DNA of 64,000 nt from Candidatus Versatilivorator sp. (GCA_965207735.1 OZ242296.1:2304001-2368000), one strand, 5' to 3'. Positions 18,655 to 28,690 are shown, counted from the stretch's first letter. The notes: generated from the letters alone by a model not told the origin. Made by a program: numbers and translations.

Positions 18655-21117
18655 TCAGAACCGGAACAACTTGTTGAACTTGACGACCAGGCCGCGGTTG
18701 CGCAGGTCCCAGCCCCGGTCGGGCCGCAAGCCGCCGGTGACGTCGTGGTCGTCGGTGTAGACCACGAACAACTCGCTGCCGGGGCTGTACTCCCACCGCA
18801 GGCGCAGGTTGCTGCCGAACGAATTGCTGGCCGAGTTGTACTGCATGAGCCCGCTGAAGAACATGCGCGGGCTGAACGCGTAGTTCACCCGCACCACCGC
18901 CAGGTTCGTCTGGAACGCCCCGTAGGGCGTGTCGATCCAGTTGAAGGAGACGTTGGGCTCCACCGACATCTGCGGCAGCACCCCGATGCGACCCTGCGTC
19001 AGCTCCACCGTGGTCAGGTCGCCCTCGAAGTAGGCGCCGCGTCTCAGCGCGACCTGGCCGTTGACCCGTCGCTGCCCGCCGACGGCATAGGCCACCTGAA
19101 CGTCGGCGAAGCGGTAGCCACCTGCCGGGATCGAGAAACCGGAACCAGGAGGAACGAACGGCTCGACAAGCAGCTCATAGCTGTCGGTCGCCGTGAAGGT
19201 CAGGCGGTCGCTGGACTCGAACTCGGTCTGGAAGGCCACGATGTTCTGGCGCGTCTCCAGGTGGTTCCGGTCGGCCGCCAGGATGTAATCGATGCTGCCC
19301 TCCAGGCTGAACTGCCGGACGCTCCGGATCGACCGCGGCCGGGGGCTGAAGCGAGCCGAGGTGAAGGTGCGCCGAAAGTTGTCGCGCCTCAGGAATCCTA
19401 CCTCCGGCAGGAAGTCATCCTCCACCACCAGGTGATCCACCTGAAAACCGTAGCGGTCCGCCGCGTAATCGAACTTGCCCTGGTAGCTCAGGTCCTTCCC
19501 CCGGTACTCGGGAGCGGGGAGCCGGGTCCTGGCAACGTAGGTAGTCAGATTGACATTCTCGAAGAAGGCGAAGGTGCCGTCGATGCCGTAGGCCTGGCTG
19601 GAGCCCGGCGCCACCCGGGAGACGGAGCGGTTGGTGAAGATCGCACCGACCGAGCTGCGGCGCAGGATGTCACGCCGGAGACGGAAGACGGTGAAGTTGG
19701 TCGGTTCCGACCTGGAAACCGTCTCGTCCCCCGTGTGGATGTTCAGGGCGCCCACATCGAACTGCCCGACCTTGCCCGTCAGGCGCGCGCCGCCGACAAT
19801 GGGCACCACGCGGCCCTCCTCCAGCCCGATCCTCCGGCTGTAGAAGAGCTGCGGCACGTTGACGTCGCCGAAGAACCCGCCGGCCGGCTCGGTGCCCGGC
19901 CCGCCGACGGGCGTGAAGGCGCCGCGGGCGAAGCCGAAGATGCCACGTCCTTCGAGAAAGAACTCCCGCTTCTCCGGAAAGAACAGGGGGAAGCGGGTCA
20001 GGTTGACCTGGCGCTCGTCCACCTCCACCTGCGCGAAGTCCGTGTTGTAGGTGAAGTCGGCGGTCAGGTTCCGGGTGATGCCGTACTTCACGTCGATGCC
20101 GCCGTCGACGCTCACATCGTCGATCTTCACGGGGGTTGCGGACAGGTCCGTGGTCAAGCCGCCGATGACATAAGGTTTGATCTCGAGGCTGCGGCCCGCC
20201 GACGGAGGCTCCAGGCCAACCAGCGAGCCGGCCTCGGAGATGCGGAACACCCCGCGGGCGCCACCGCCGAATCCGGCCGCGATGGGCAGCGGCGTCAGAT
20301 AGGCCCACTCGTTCTTGCGCCGGATGGCGCGCCTGAGTTGGACGCCCCAGATATGGGGCGGCTCCGACCGGTAGCGCAGGGTCTTGAACGGAATCTCCAT
20401 CTCTACCGTCCAGCCGCCGTCGAAGCGGCCGGTTCGCACGTCCCACACCGGGTTCCAGTCTGAGTTCGGATTGCCCTCGTTAATGAGCTGTGCGTCTGCG
20501 CGGGCGCCGAGCGGATTGGTGTAGAAGAGGACTCCGTTGCGGCGGTCGTAGAAGGTATCGAACAGCACGGCGAAGGTGTCGTTTTGACGGAGCTGGTTGG
20601 TGTCACGCCGCATCTCGTTGGCGACCCACTGGCTCTCGGGCGCCGAGTCCCAGACCCGCGCCGAGACGTAGACGCTGGTCTCGTCGAAAAGGATCCAGGC
20701 CTCGGTCCGCTCGGTCGCCTCCGCTCCCGCGTCGGGCGTCAGTTGAATGAAGCCGCTGATGGCGGGAACCGTCCCGTAAACGGCCTCGTCCAGCACGCCG
20801 TCGAGGTCGATACTCTGGTCCAGCCTGATCGCGCGAACCGTCGCCCGGCCCTGATCGTCGCGGGTCATTACCGCCGGCGGAACGGGAGCCGGCGGACCGT
20901 CAATCCGAGCCGCATCGACCTCACCGGCGGGGTCCGCCTGCCCGGCCGGCGCCTGCCGCGCAAAGCTCCACAGCAGAAGGACCGCCACCACCACCAAATA
21001 CTTCGGCTGCAACAATGGTCCTCCTGTGGCAGATCCCGCCGGAGGGGCAATTCGGCAGAGCACCGCCGCCCACATCGCTGGAGAGGGGGGCGTTCCCCGA
21101 CCAATGTGCCGTGTCAC
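18655..21117 (-). CDS. CBM9-like / DUF5916 outer-membrane beta-barrel protein (start uncertain)
   Basis: LDGVLDE, WTVEMEIPFKTLRY, NTDFAQVEVDE..NLTRFPLFFPEKREFFLEG and LFYSRRIG; C-terminal F. Confidence 0.85.
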   Translation of the reverse strand: MTRHIGRGTPPSPAMWAAVLCRIAPPAGSATGGPLLQPKYLVVVAVLLLWSFARQAPAGQADPAGEVDAARIDGPPAPVPPAVMTRDDQGRATVRAIRLDQSIDLDGVLDEAVYGTVPAISGFIQLTPDAGAEATERTEAWILFDETSVYVSARVWDSAPESQWVANEMRRDTNQLRQNDTFAVLFDTFYDRRNGVLFYTNPLGARADAQLINEGNPNSDWNPVWDVRTGRFDGGWTVEMEIPFKTLRYRSEPPHIWGVQLRRAIRRKNEWAYLTPLPIAAGFGGGARGVFRISEAGSLVGLEPPSAGRSLEIKPYVIGGLTTDLSATPVKIDDVSVDGGIDVKYGITRNLTADFTYNTDFAQVEVDERQVNLTRFPLFFPEKREFFLEGRGIFGFARGAFTPVGGPGTEPAGGFFGDVNVPQLFYSRRIGLEEGRVVPIVGGARLTGKVGQFDVGALNIHTGDETVSRSEPTNFTVFRLRRDILRRSSVGAIFTNRSVSRVAPGSSQAYGIDGTFAFFENVNLTTYVARTRLPAPEYRGKDLSYQGKFDYAADRYGFQVDHLVVEDDFLPEVGFLRRDNFRRTFTSARFSPRPRSIRSVRQFSLEGSIDYILAADRNHLETRQNIVAFQTEFESSDRLTFTATDSYELLVEPFVPPGSGFSIPAGGYRFADVQVAYAVGGQRRVNGQVALRRGAYFEGDLTTVELTQGRIGVLPQMSVEPNVSFNWIDTPYGAFQTNLAVVRVNYAFSPRMFFSGLMQYNSASNSFGSNLRLRWEYSPGSELFVVYTDDHDVTGGLRPDRGWDLRNRGLVVKFNKLFRF

Positions 21118-21199
21118 GACCCGAATACAAGGACTGTCGTTCTGGTGTGATCCAAGATCTTGCAGTCTTGTCGGTGCGGTCTTGAACGGCGATGGAAAA

Positions 21200-22891
21200 T
21201 CAAGGCAGGGCGAACACGATCAGGGCGCTACCGCCCGGGAAGTCCTCCACCTCGGGCCAGAGTTGGGGCATGAGGCCGGCCACCGCCGACCCCCAGCCTG
21301 CCGGGACCGCGATGTACTGCCGGCCGTTCACGGCATAGCTGATGGGCGAGCCCCGGTGGCCCGAGCCCGTGTTGAAGCTCCACAGCTTCTTGCCGGTTTC
21401 GGCATCGAGGGCGAAGAACTCTCCCTCGGGATCGCCGGTGAAGACCAGGTTGCCGCCGGTCGCCACCGCCGAGGCCAGCAAGGGATACTTGGATTGGTAG
21501 CTCCATTTCTTCTCCCCGGTCAGCGGATCCAGGGCGTCGAGATGGCTGCCGGCCTCTCCCTTGGGAGTAGGCTTGAGCTCGAACACCCCTCCGAAAAAGG
21601 TCTCGCCCGGCCTGGGGTCCTCCTTCTGCACGGTGAGGGTCTGACACCACTCGATGCCGGTGTTGTAGAACAGCCCCGTCTTGGGGCTGTAGGCCCCGTG
21701 GTTCCAGCTTCGGGCCCCGCCGATGGCCGGGCAGACCAGGGTGGGCTTCCCCACCTCGGGCTCCATCCGTCCCAGCAGCTTCCCGGTCGAATCGATCCCC
21801 GTGATCCAGTTGAGGTTTTCGACGAAGCGCCAGGCGCCGATGAACTCTCCGTTGGTCCGGTCCAGGACCCAGGTGTACCCGCCCTTGTTGGGATTGATCA
21901 GGAGCTTGCGTTTCTTGCCGTTGACCGGCAGGTCGATCAACACGCATTCGTAGGCGGTATCCCAGTCCCAGACGTCATGGGGAATCTGCTGGTAATACCA
22001 CTTCAACTCCCCGCTGTCGGCATCCAGGGCTACGATGGAATCGGTGTAGAGGTTGTCCCCGGTCCGGTCTCCTCCGTAGAAGTCGGCGGCAGGATTGCCC
22101 ACTCCCCAGTAGATCAGGTTCAACTCCGGATCGTAGGAGCCGGTCATCCAGGTGGCCCCGCCACCGTATTTCCAACTGTCCCCCTTCCAGGTTTCGTGGC
22201 CCTTTTCTCCCGGTCCGGGGATGGTCCAGAACTGCCAGGCCCGCCGGCCGGTCCTGGCGTCGAAGGCGTTCAGATAGCCCCGATGGGCCGAATCTCCCCC
22301 GGTGACCCCGACCACGACCTTGTCCTTGACCACCAGAGGTGCGCCGGTGATGTTGCAGCCGCACTGCTGCATGTTCTCGATCTCGACGTTCCAGACCTCC
22401 TCTCCGGTCTTGGCGTCCAGCGCCACCAGCCGGTTGTCGATGGTCCCCATGAAGACCAGGCCGTGGCCGAGAGCCACTCCCCGGTTCCAGGGACCGTAGA
22501 GAAGGCCGAAGTCCTTGGGCTCGGGATGGTAGTAGTGCCAGATCTCCTTGCCGGTGACGGCATCCAGCGCGAAGACCCGATTCCAGGGGGTGGTGATGTA
22601 CATGACTCCATCCGCCACCAGGGGAGTGCAGGAAAAACCGCCATCCACCTTGCCCGTCTGAAAGATCCAGACCGGCGCCAGCCGCTTCACGTTCTCCCGA
22701 TTGATCTGGTCCAACGGACTGTAGCGCCAGGCGTCATAGGTCCCGGAATAGGTCAGCCAGTTCTGCGGCTCCTTGGACGCCTCGATCAAGCGCCTGGAAT
22801 CGACGGTTTCGGCCGAAGCAATCGGATAGAATCCAATCGACAACAGCAACAGGATTGAGGCGCTGAGCGCCCAAGCGGGTTTGGCGGACAT
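21200..22891 (-). CDS. PQQ-dependent dehydrogenase family (methanol/ethanol-type beta-propeller)
   Basis: Signal peptide, RYSPLDQIN, TPLVADGVMY, ALDA.TG..W repeats, GGGATW.TGSYDPELNLIYWG.GNP, HDVWDWD and SPISY.VNGRQYIAV. Confidence 0.92.
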   Translation of the reverse strand: MSAKPAWALSASILLLLSIGFYPIASAETVDSRRLIEASKEPQNWLTYSGTYDAWRYSPLDQINRENVKRLAPVWIFQTGKVDGGFSCTPLVADGVMYITTPWNRVFALDAVTGKEIWHYYHPEPKDFGLLYGPWNRGVALGHGLVFMGTIDNRLVALDAKTGEEVWNVEIENMQQCGCNITGAPLVVKDKVVVGVTGGDSAHRGYLNAFDARTGRRAWQFWTIPGPGEKGHETWKGDSWKYGGGATWMTGSYDPELNLIYWGVGNPAADFYGGDRTGDNLYTDSIVALDADSGELKWYYQQIPHDVWDWDTAYECVLIDLPVNGKKRKLLINPNKGGYTWVLDRTNGEFIGAWRFVENLNWITGIDSTGKLLGRMEPEVGKPTLVCPAIGGARSWNHGAYSPKTGLFYNTGIEWCQTLTVQKEDPRPGETFFGGVFELKPTPKGEAGSHLDALDPLTGEKKWSYQSKYPLLASAVATGGNLVFTGDPEGEFFALDAETGKKLWSFNTGSGHRGSPISYAVNGRQYIAVPAGWGSAVAGLMPQLWPEVEDFPGGSALIVFALP

Positions 22892-23011
22892 GGGAATCTC
22901 CGATTTCCGGATCGTGGCCGGGGATGGTTTCAACCGGTTACGTCATCTGGGGAGCTATCACTAGCACTTCCAGGCCGAAGCTGTCAATGAAGGGGGGTGT
23001 GCGGAGGGTTG

Positions 23012-23125
23012 TCCACGAAGGAACACATTGGGATTGTAGATTGTAGATTGTGGATTTAAGTCGGATTCAAGGCGGCATCGGTTGCCGTCGCTTCTCAATC
23101 TACAGTCAGAAATCAACAATCAACA
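23012..23125. repeat. Family E+A element; the right arm is interrupted by the LRR cassette
   Basis: CCACGAAGG...GGATTGTAGATTGTAGATTGTGGAT...AATCAACAATCAACA; the arm resumes as AATCAACAATTC at 26982. Confidence 0.75.
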
Positions 23126-26100
23126 GAGCCTTTTGCAAAAGCTCCCCCGCCCCACGATTTCTTTGGACAGTGATTTGATAACCTGTATAAGAAGCTACAG
23201 GAGAGGAGGAACAGGCTATGTCCAGAGGAAGCAATGGGGCAGGTGGGTGTTATCTGTCCAAGAAATCGCGGGCGGTACATGGGGTACACGGAATGAGGCG
23301 TCAGGCGATTTGGAAAGAATGGGTTTCTTGTATCGGGGCCAGGTCGGGATGGATTCTCACGGCAGGCCTGATTCTGGTGGGCAGCAGTCCGCCCCTGCTG
23401 GGCTGCGATGACGGAATGGCTGTGCCGGATCCGGAGAACAACCCCGGTTTGGTGGCGGACTGCAAGGCCCTAATGGCAGCTCGTGACAAACTGGACGGTA
23501 ATGATCGCCTGAACTGGGATGCCGATTTTGTTATCGAATCCTGGGATGGCATCACAGTTTCGGGATCGCCACCTCGTGTAACCGGATTGTCAATTTCACC
23601 TCTGCACATTTCAGGGGAGATCCCGCCAGAGCTGGGTCAACTATCCCACCTGACTGATTTATACCTGGCCGGCAGCCTTATTTCTCGACACTTTCTGACG
23701 GGAGAGATCCCTCCCGAGTTGGGACAACTTGCCCGTTTGAAGACTTTGTACCTCAACGACAATTTACTCACGGGACCGATTCCGCCTGAGTTGGGCCAAC
23801 TGTCTCAGTTGATTGCCTTGAATCTCGGCAGCAACCAGCTCACAGGACCGATCCCTCCCGAGTTGGGCAATTTGTCCCGCTTGGAGGGACTCCATCTCTG
23901 GACGAACCAACTCTCGGGGGAAATCCCAAGGGAACTGGGGCAACTGGTCGAGCTGAGGGAGTTGACCCTCGGCGGCAACCACTTGACAGGAGTGATCCCC
24001 CTCGAGTTGGGACAACTGTCCCAGCTCGGGTGGTTGGACATCGGCTTCAACCAGTTGACGGGAGCAATTCCGCCCGAGATGGGCCAACTATCCCGTCTGG
24101 GACGGTTGTCTCTCCGCAACAACCAACTGACGGGAGTGATTCCGGTGGAATTGGGTCAGCTTCCCCTGCTGGGATGGTTTTACGTTTCTGACAATCAGCT
24201 AAGCGGGGAGATCCCAACGGAACTGGGTCAACTCCCTCGACTGCGGGAATTGGATCTCTCCAACAACCGGCTACGGGGGAATATACCGTTGACCTTGGGT
24301 CAGCTGACCAACCTGGAGAGGTTGTCCCTCGCCGGCAATCAGTTTACGGGCGAGATCCTGGCAGAACTGAGTCAACTGTCCCATCTGAAGGAATTGCGTC
24401 TTTCCAACAACCGGCTCCAGGGGAAAATACCGTCGTATCTAGGTCAGCTGACCAACCTGGAGGAGTTGTCGCTTGCCGGCAACCAGCTCGAGGGAAAGAT
24501 ACCCGTAGAACTAAGTCAACTGTCGGTGCTTGGCTTATTGGATCTCTCCAACAATCAACTGAGTGGCGAGATCCCGGCAGAGTTGAGTCAATTGACCCTC
24601 TTGCAGACTCTTCTCCTCTCCGGCAACCGGCTCACGGGAGGCATCCCAAAGGAACTCGGCAAGCTGCCCCAGTTGTGGGGTCTATACCTCGACAACAACC
24701 AGTTGGCCGGAATGATCCCGCCCGAGTTGGGCCAACTGTCCCTCGTGATACTGCACTTACAGCACAACAAACTGACAGGTTCGATCCCGGCAGAGCTGGG
24801 CCAACTGTCCAATCTAAGGGAGTTCAGCTTCCGGGGTAACCTGTTGACGGGCTCGGTCCCATCGGAGCTGGGCCATCTGCCCGATGTCTACGTGTTGAAC
24901 CTGGCCGCGACTCGGACGGCTGCGGACCGGATCGAGGTCAGCTGGGACGATCCGGGGGACACCACCGTCAGTTACGAGTATCGACTTCTGGATACGACAC
25001 GTACCTGGACGGAATGGTCGCTGATCGAACACCCGGAGACGACGCTGAGGAGGGGTGACGGACACGCGATAGAGTGGACGTTGGCAGTCCTGCCCACCAA
25101 CGTAACCTATCGTGCAATTCAGATCAGGGTGAGCAACGCAAAGGGTTCCTATACGTCGAATGCCGGGGTGAGACACTTGGTAACTGTTGCATCCGGGGAC
25201 GCTGATCCGACGGAGGGAAGCTTGTTCGTTCCCGTGCTGCTGACCTCGGCCGGGCGCAGCAACGCCTACTTCACCTCGGAGCTGACCCTGACCAACCGGG
25301 GGACCGAGGAGGCCACCCTCCACTACACCTACAGGGCCCATGCGGGGGGCGGAAGCGGAACGGCCACCGACAGGCTGGCTCCGGGGAGCCAGAGAATCCA
25401 GTCAGACGCCATCGGCTACCTCACCGGCCTGGGCATTCCCATTCCCGGCTCCGGAAACCGCATCGGGACCCTCAGAGTGGATGTGTCGGGGTCTTCCCGG
25501 GTGAGTCTGACCACGCGGACCACCTCCGGCGTGCCCGACGGACGCGCCGGCCTGGCTTATCCCGGCATTGCCGAAGATGAAGGCTTCCAGGAAGCGGTCT
25601 ATCTGTGCGGGCTGCGCGAGAACACCCAGGACCGCTCCAACCTGGCTGTCCAGAACATGGGAGCCTCCGAAGACGGTCCCATTACCCTGAGAACCACCGT
25701 CTTTTCCGGAGAGGCGGACGACACCGTCCCCCGCGTCCTGGGGGACCTGGAACTGAAACCGGGAGAGTTCCACCAGTACAATCAAGTGCTGAAAGCGGTG
25801 GGCAGTCCGGCCCAGGGCTACGTGAAGGTGGAGAAGGTCGACGGAGATGCTCCCTTCTACGTCTACGGGGTCATCAACGACAACTTCAACTCCGACGGCT
25901 CCTTCGTCTTTCCCCTGACCGGGTCCTCCCTGGTGGGCAGGAGCGGACAGACCCTGCCGGTCATCATCGAGACAGGCTCCTTCCAGAGCGAGCTGACCCT
26001 GACCAACTTCTCGGCCTCGGAGAAAACCGTCGATTTCCGCTTTGTGGCCGATGCCGTCGACACGGGCGACGACACGGCCGCCTTCAGCCTGACGCTGAAG

Positions 26101-26981
26101 GCCGGGGAGCAGCGCGTGCTGCCCGATATCGTGGAGGAACTGCGCCGGCGGGAAGTGGCCGGGATCGGTCCGTCGGGCCGAGCCTTCGTCGGTGCCCTGT
26201 TCGCCACCCCGGCCCAGGGAGACATGAGCGGCATTGTGATCGGGGCTCGGACAGGAGCTCCGGACCAGAGAGGCGGCCAGTACAGCCTCTTCTACAACGG
26301 GGTGCCCTATGGTTCGGCTTCGGTCGAAAGCGCCTGGATCTTCGGGCTGCAGCAGAACGCGGAGAACCGCAGCAACCTGGCCCTGGTCAATACCGGCGAA
26401 ATCGACGGCAGCTCCAGCACCTTTGAGATCACGATTTACGACGGCAGCGGGCGGTCTCAACCGAGAACCAGAAGTGTGACGCTCAGGCCCCGGCGATGGA
26501 CTCAGGTAAATGGAATTCTGGGCAATATCCGTCAAGGATACGTCCAGGTAAGGAAAACCTCGGGCAACAATCCGTTTGTCACCTATGGCGTGATCAATGA
26601 CGGCGGCAGGCCCGGGGAGCGCAGCGGGGACGGCGCTTTCCTGCTCAGCCAGAAATAGCTGTTCGCCCCGCGCAAAGGGATGTCCCTCGACCGGCAAGCC
26701 GGCTGTCTTCGGGTGCGGTTGCGACCAAGACCCTTTACGTTAACTCAACGGGAGCTGTTTCCGCTTGAGAGGGTCGCCACAGATTCCCGACAGGGCCGGA
26801 TAACACCCGCCTCAGGGCAGGCAGAGGGGAAGCTGTGCCCGCGCTCTGCAAGAACCTGCGATCCAGCCTTCAGATCCGGGGATTTGCGTTCAATAAGGTC
26901 CTTGCTGGCAGGCAACTGCCAGCAGAACCCCGATTGAGCTACGCCATTGTCATGCTCGATTCCAAATTTTGCAAAAGGCTC
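23126..26981. mobile_element. Non-autonomous TIR-bounded cargo cassette (family H) carrying an LRR gene
   Basis: Perfect 15-bp inverted repeats GAGCCTTTTGCAAAA (23126-23140) and TTTTGCAAAAGGCTC (26967-26981); no transposase inside. Confidence 0.7.
23218..26658 (+). CDS. Secreted/surface protein with about 17-18 plant-type LRRs, an FN3-like segment and an acidobacterial-type C-terminal region
   Basis: 24-aa repeats LxxNxLxGxIPxELGxLxxLxxL; N-cap W.GITV; C-terminal FVPVLLTSAG...FTSELTLTN and RSNLA motifs; strong RBS AGGAGAGGAGG. Confidence 0.9.
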   Translation: MSRGSNGAGGCYLSKKSRAVHGVHGMRRQAIWKEWVSCIGARSGWILTAGLILVGSSPPLLGCDDGMAVPDPENNPGLVADCKALMAARDKLDGNDRLNWDADFVIESWDGITVSGSPPRVTGLSISPLHISGEIPPELGQLSHLTDLYLAGSLISRHFLTGEIPPELGQLARLKTLYLNDNLLTGPIPPELGQLSQLIALNLGSNQLTGPIPPELGNLSRLEGLHLWTNQLSGEIPRELGQLVELRELTLGGNHLTGVIPLELGQLSQLGWLDIGFNQLTGAIPPEMGQLSRLGRLSLRNNQLTGVIPVELGQLPLLGWFYVSDNQLSGEIPTELGQLPRLRELDLSNNRLRGNIPLTLGQLTNLERLSLAGNQFTGEILAELSQLSHLKELRLSNNRLQGKIPSYLGQLTNLEELSLAGNQLEGKIPVELSQLSVLGLLDLSNNQLSGEIPAELSQLTLLQTLLLSGNRLTGGIPKELGKLPQLWGLYLDNNQLAGMIPPELGQLSLVILHLQHNKLTGSIPAELGQLSNLREFSFRGNLLTGSVPSELGHLPDVYVLNLAATRTAADRIEVSWDDPGDTTVSYEYRLLDTTRTWTEWSLIEHPETTLRRGDGHAIEWTLAVLPTNVTYRAIQIRVSNAKGSYTSNAGVRHLVTVASGDADPTEGSLFVPVLLTSAGRSNAYFTSELTLTNRGTEEATLHYTYRAHAGGGSGTATDRLAPGSQRIQSDAIGYLTGLGIPIPGSGNRIGTLRVDVSGSSRVSLTTRTTSGVPDGRAGLAYPGIAEDEGFQEAVYLCGLRENTQDRSNLAVQNMGASEDGPITLRTTVFSGEADDTVPRVLGDLELKPGEFHQYNQVLKAVGSPAQGYVKVEKVDGDAPFYVYGVINDNFNSDGSFVFPLTGSSLVGRSGQTLPVIIETGSFQSELTLTNFSASEKTVDFRFVADAVDTGDDTAAFSLTLKAGEQRVLPDIVEELRRREVAGIGPSGRAFVGALFATPAQGDMSGIVIGARTGAPDQRGGQYSLFYNGVPYGSASVESAWIFGLQQNAENRSNLALVNTGEIDGSSSTFEITIYDGSGRSQPRTRSVTLRPRRWTQVNGILGNIRQGYVQVRKTSGNNPFVTYGVINDGGRPGERSGDGAFLLSQK

Positions 26982-27054
26982 AATCAACAATTCATTAAAT
27001 GGTAGCATGCTGGGCTTGGGCCGCACCCGCGACCAATCGAAGGAGCATTGACTC

Positions 27055-27801
27055 ATGGCTGAATTGGGCAGTTACCTGATCCTGTTCGCAGTCGGGTGCG
27101 TTGCCGGCACCCTGAACGTGGTGGCGGGAGGGGGATCCTTCCTCACGCTTCCGGTGCTGATCTTCCTGGGACTGCCGGCGACCGTGGCCAACGGGACCAA
27201 TCGGGTGGCGGTCCTGACCCAGAACGTGGGTGCCGTTTGGAGCTTTCATCGTCATGGGGTCATGGACTGGCGGAGCCTGCTTTGGGCGGCTTTGCCGGCG
27301 GCGCTGGGAGCCGCCCTGGGCGCTTGGGTGGCGCTTCGGATCGGGGATGAGACCTTCAAGAATACTCTGGCCTTTCTGATGGTGGCGGTGACGCTCTGGA
27401 CTCTGTGGGACCCTCTCAAGGGAAAGCTGGACTCGTCCACCGGCGGACGGTCCTGGTGGGTGATCGCCGGCGCCTTTTTCGTGGTTGGCTTCTACAGCGG
27501 ATTCGTCCAGGCCGGGGTGGGGTTTCTCATCCTGGCGGCCACCACCGTGGCGGGACTGGACCTGGTCAAGGGGAACGCGGTGAAGGTACTGCTACTCCTC
27601 GCCACCATGGTCGTATCGCTGGGAATCTTCGCTGCCGGCGGGCGCGTCGACTGGACCCTGGGATTAATCCTGGGAGCCGGAAACCTGGCCGGAGGATTGC
27701 TGGGGGTCAGGCTCACCGTCCTCAAGGGACACGGGTGGATCAAGAAGGTAGTGACAGCCACCGTCGTCCTGTTTGCCCTGCGGCTGTGGTTCTTCGAGTA
27801 G
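27055..27801 (+). CDS. TauE/SafE (TSUP) family membrane protein
   Basis: AGGGSFLTLP, ANGTNR and GFYSGFVQAGVG; about 8 TM segments. Confidence 0.88.
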   Translation: MAELGSYLILFAVGCVAGTLNVVAGGGSFLTLPVLIFLGLPATVANGTNRVAVLTQNVGAVWSFHRHGVMDWRSLLWAALPAALGAALGAWVALRIGDETFKNTLAFLMVAVTLWTLWDPLKGKLDSSTGGRSWWVIAGAFFVVGFYSGFVQAGVGFLILAATTVAGLDLVKGNAVKVLLLLATMVVSLGIFAAGGRVDWTLGLILGAGNLAGGLLGVRLTVLKGHGWIKKVVTATVVLFALRLWFFE

Positions 27802-27871
27802 CGAGTTGTCCGCCGGGCGCACACGGGACGCCGTGCGGAGTCGCAGCCAAGCCCTGTCGGAGGAAGCCTCC

Positions 27872-28690
27872 GTGGAAACTCCCCACATCGCTTCATTCCG
27901 CCGCAAAGTGACCCCAGGCAGAGTCCTTCTGGCGGTCATCCTTCTGTCATTGGCGGCGGTGGCGGTCCTGCTGATCCTCACCTACCTGAAGCTGACCGAC
28001 TTGAGCCGGGAGGTGGCCGGGCTCAGGAGGGTGACCGGAACCGTGGCCGAAACCGCCGAGAGCGCCAGGCGCCAGGCCGGCCGGGCCGAGGAGAACGCCC
28101 TCAAGGCAGCCCTGGGGCGCGCCCGGGCCGAGGAAGAGGCCTCGGAGGCGCGGGCGGTAGCCGCCAAGTCGAAGACCGAAGCGAGGGAGGCCAGGCAGGA
28201 AGCCGAGCGGGCCAGACAGGAGGCCGCCCGCATCCGCAAGGAGCGCGACGACAAGCTGGATGCCATGCAGCAGGCGCTCAGCCAACTGGTGGAGACCCGG
28301 CGCACCGCTCTGGGCCTCATCATGAACCTGGACAGCCAAGCCATCCAGTTCGATTTCGACAAGGCCGACCTGAAGTCCCACAACAAGGAACTGCTGAGCA
28401 AGATCGCCGGAATACTGCTGACCTCTGAGGGACACCACATCTTTGTCTACGGCCACACCGACGACGTGGGCACCCAGGCCTACAACCAGGACCTCTCAGA
28501 GCGTCGGGCCCAGGCAGTGCGGGACTACCTGGTGGCCTCCTTCATCGATCCGGCCGTCATCACGGCCGAGGGCTTCGGCAAGTCCAACCCCCTGGTGGAG
28601 GGGACCTCGACGGAAGCTCGAACCCGGAACCGTCGGGTCGAGATCGCCATCGTGGATACCGTGCTGGACTACCAGCAAAGGACGCGCTAG
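27872..28690 (+). CDS. OmpA-family peptidoglycan-binding protein with TM anchor and coiled coil
   Basis: FDFDKADL, GHTDDVG..YNQDLSERRA, GFGKSNP and NRRVEI. Confidence 0.88.
   Translation: METPHIASFRRKVTPGRVLLAVILLSLAAVAVLLILTYLKLTDLSREVAGLRRVTGTVAETAESARRQAGRAEENALKAALGRARAEEEASEARAVAAKSKTEAREARQEAERARQEAARIRKERDDKLDAMQQALSQLVETRRTALGLIMNLDSQAIQFDFDKADLKSHNKELLSKIAGILLTSEGHHIFVYGHTDDVGTQAYNQDLSERRAQAVRDYLVASFIDPAVITAEGFGKSNPLVEGTSTEARTRNRRVEIAIVDTVLDYQQRTR

Noticed and set aside
23600-24880. LRR repeats as a diversity-generating retroelement target
   Set aside because: No reverse transcriptase and no template/variable repeat pair with adenine-specific differences; this is ordinary 72-bp coding periodicity.
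26680-26960. Transposase remnant in the 3' part of the LRR cassette
   Set aside because: No DDE or HUH motif is recognisable in the short ORFs; left unassigned.
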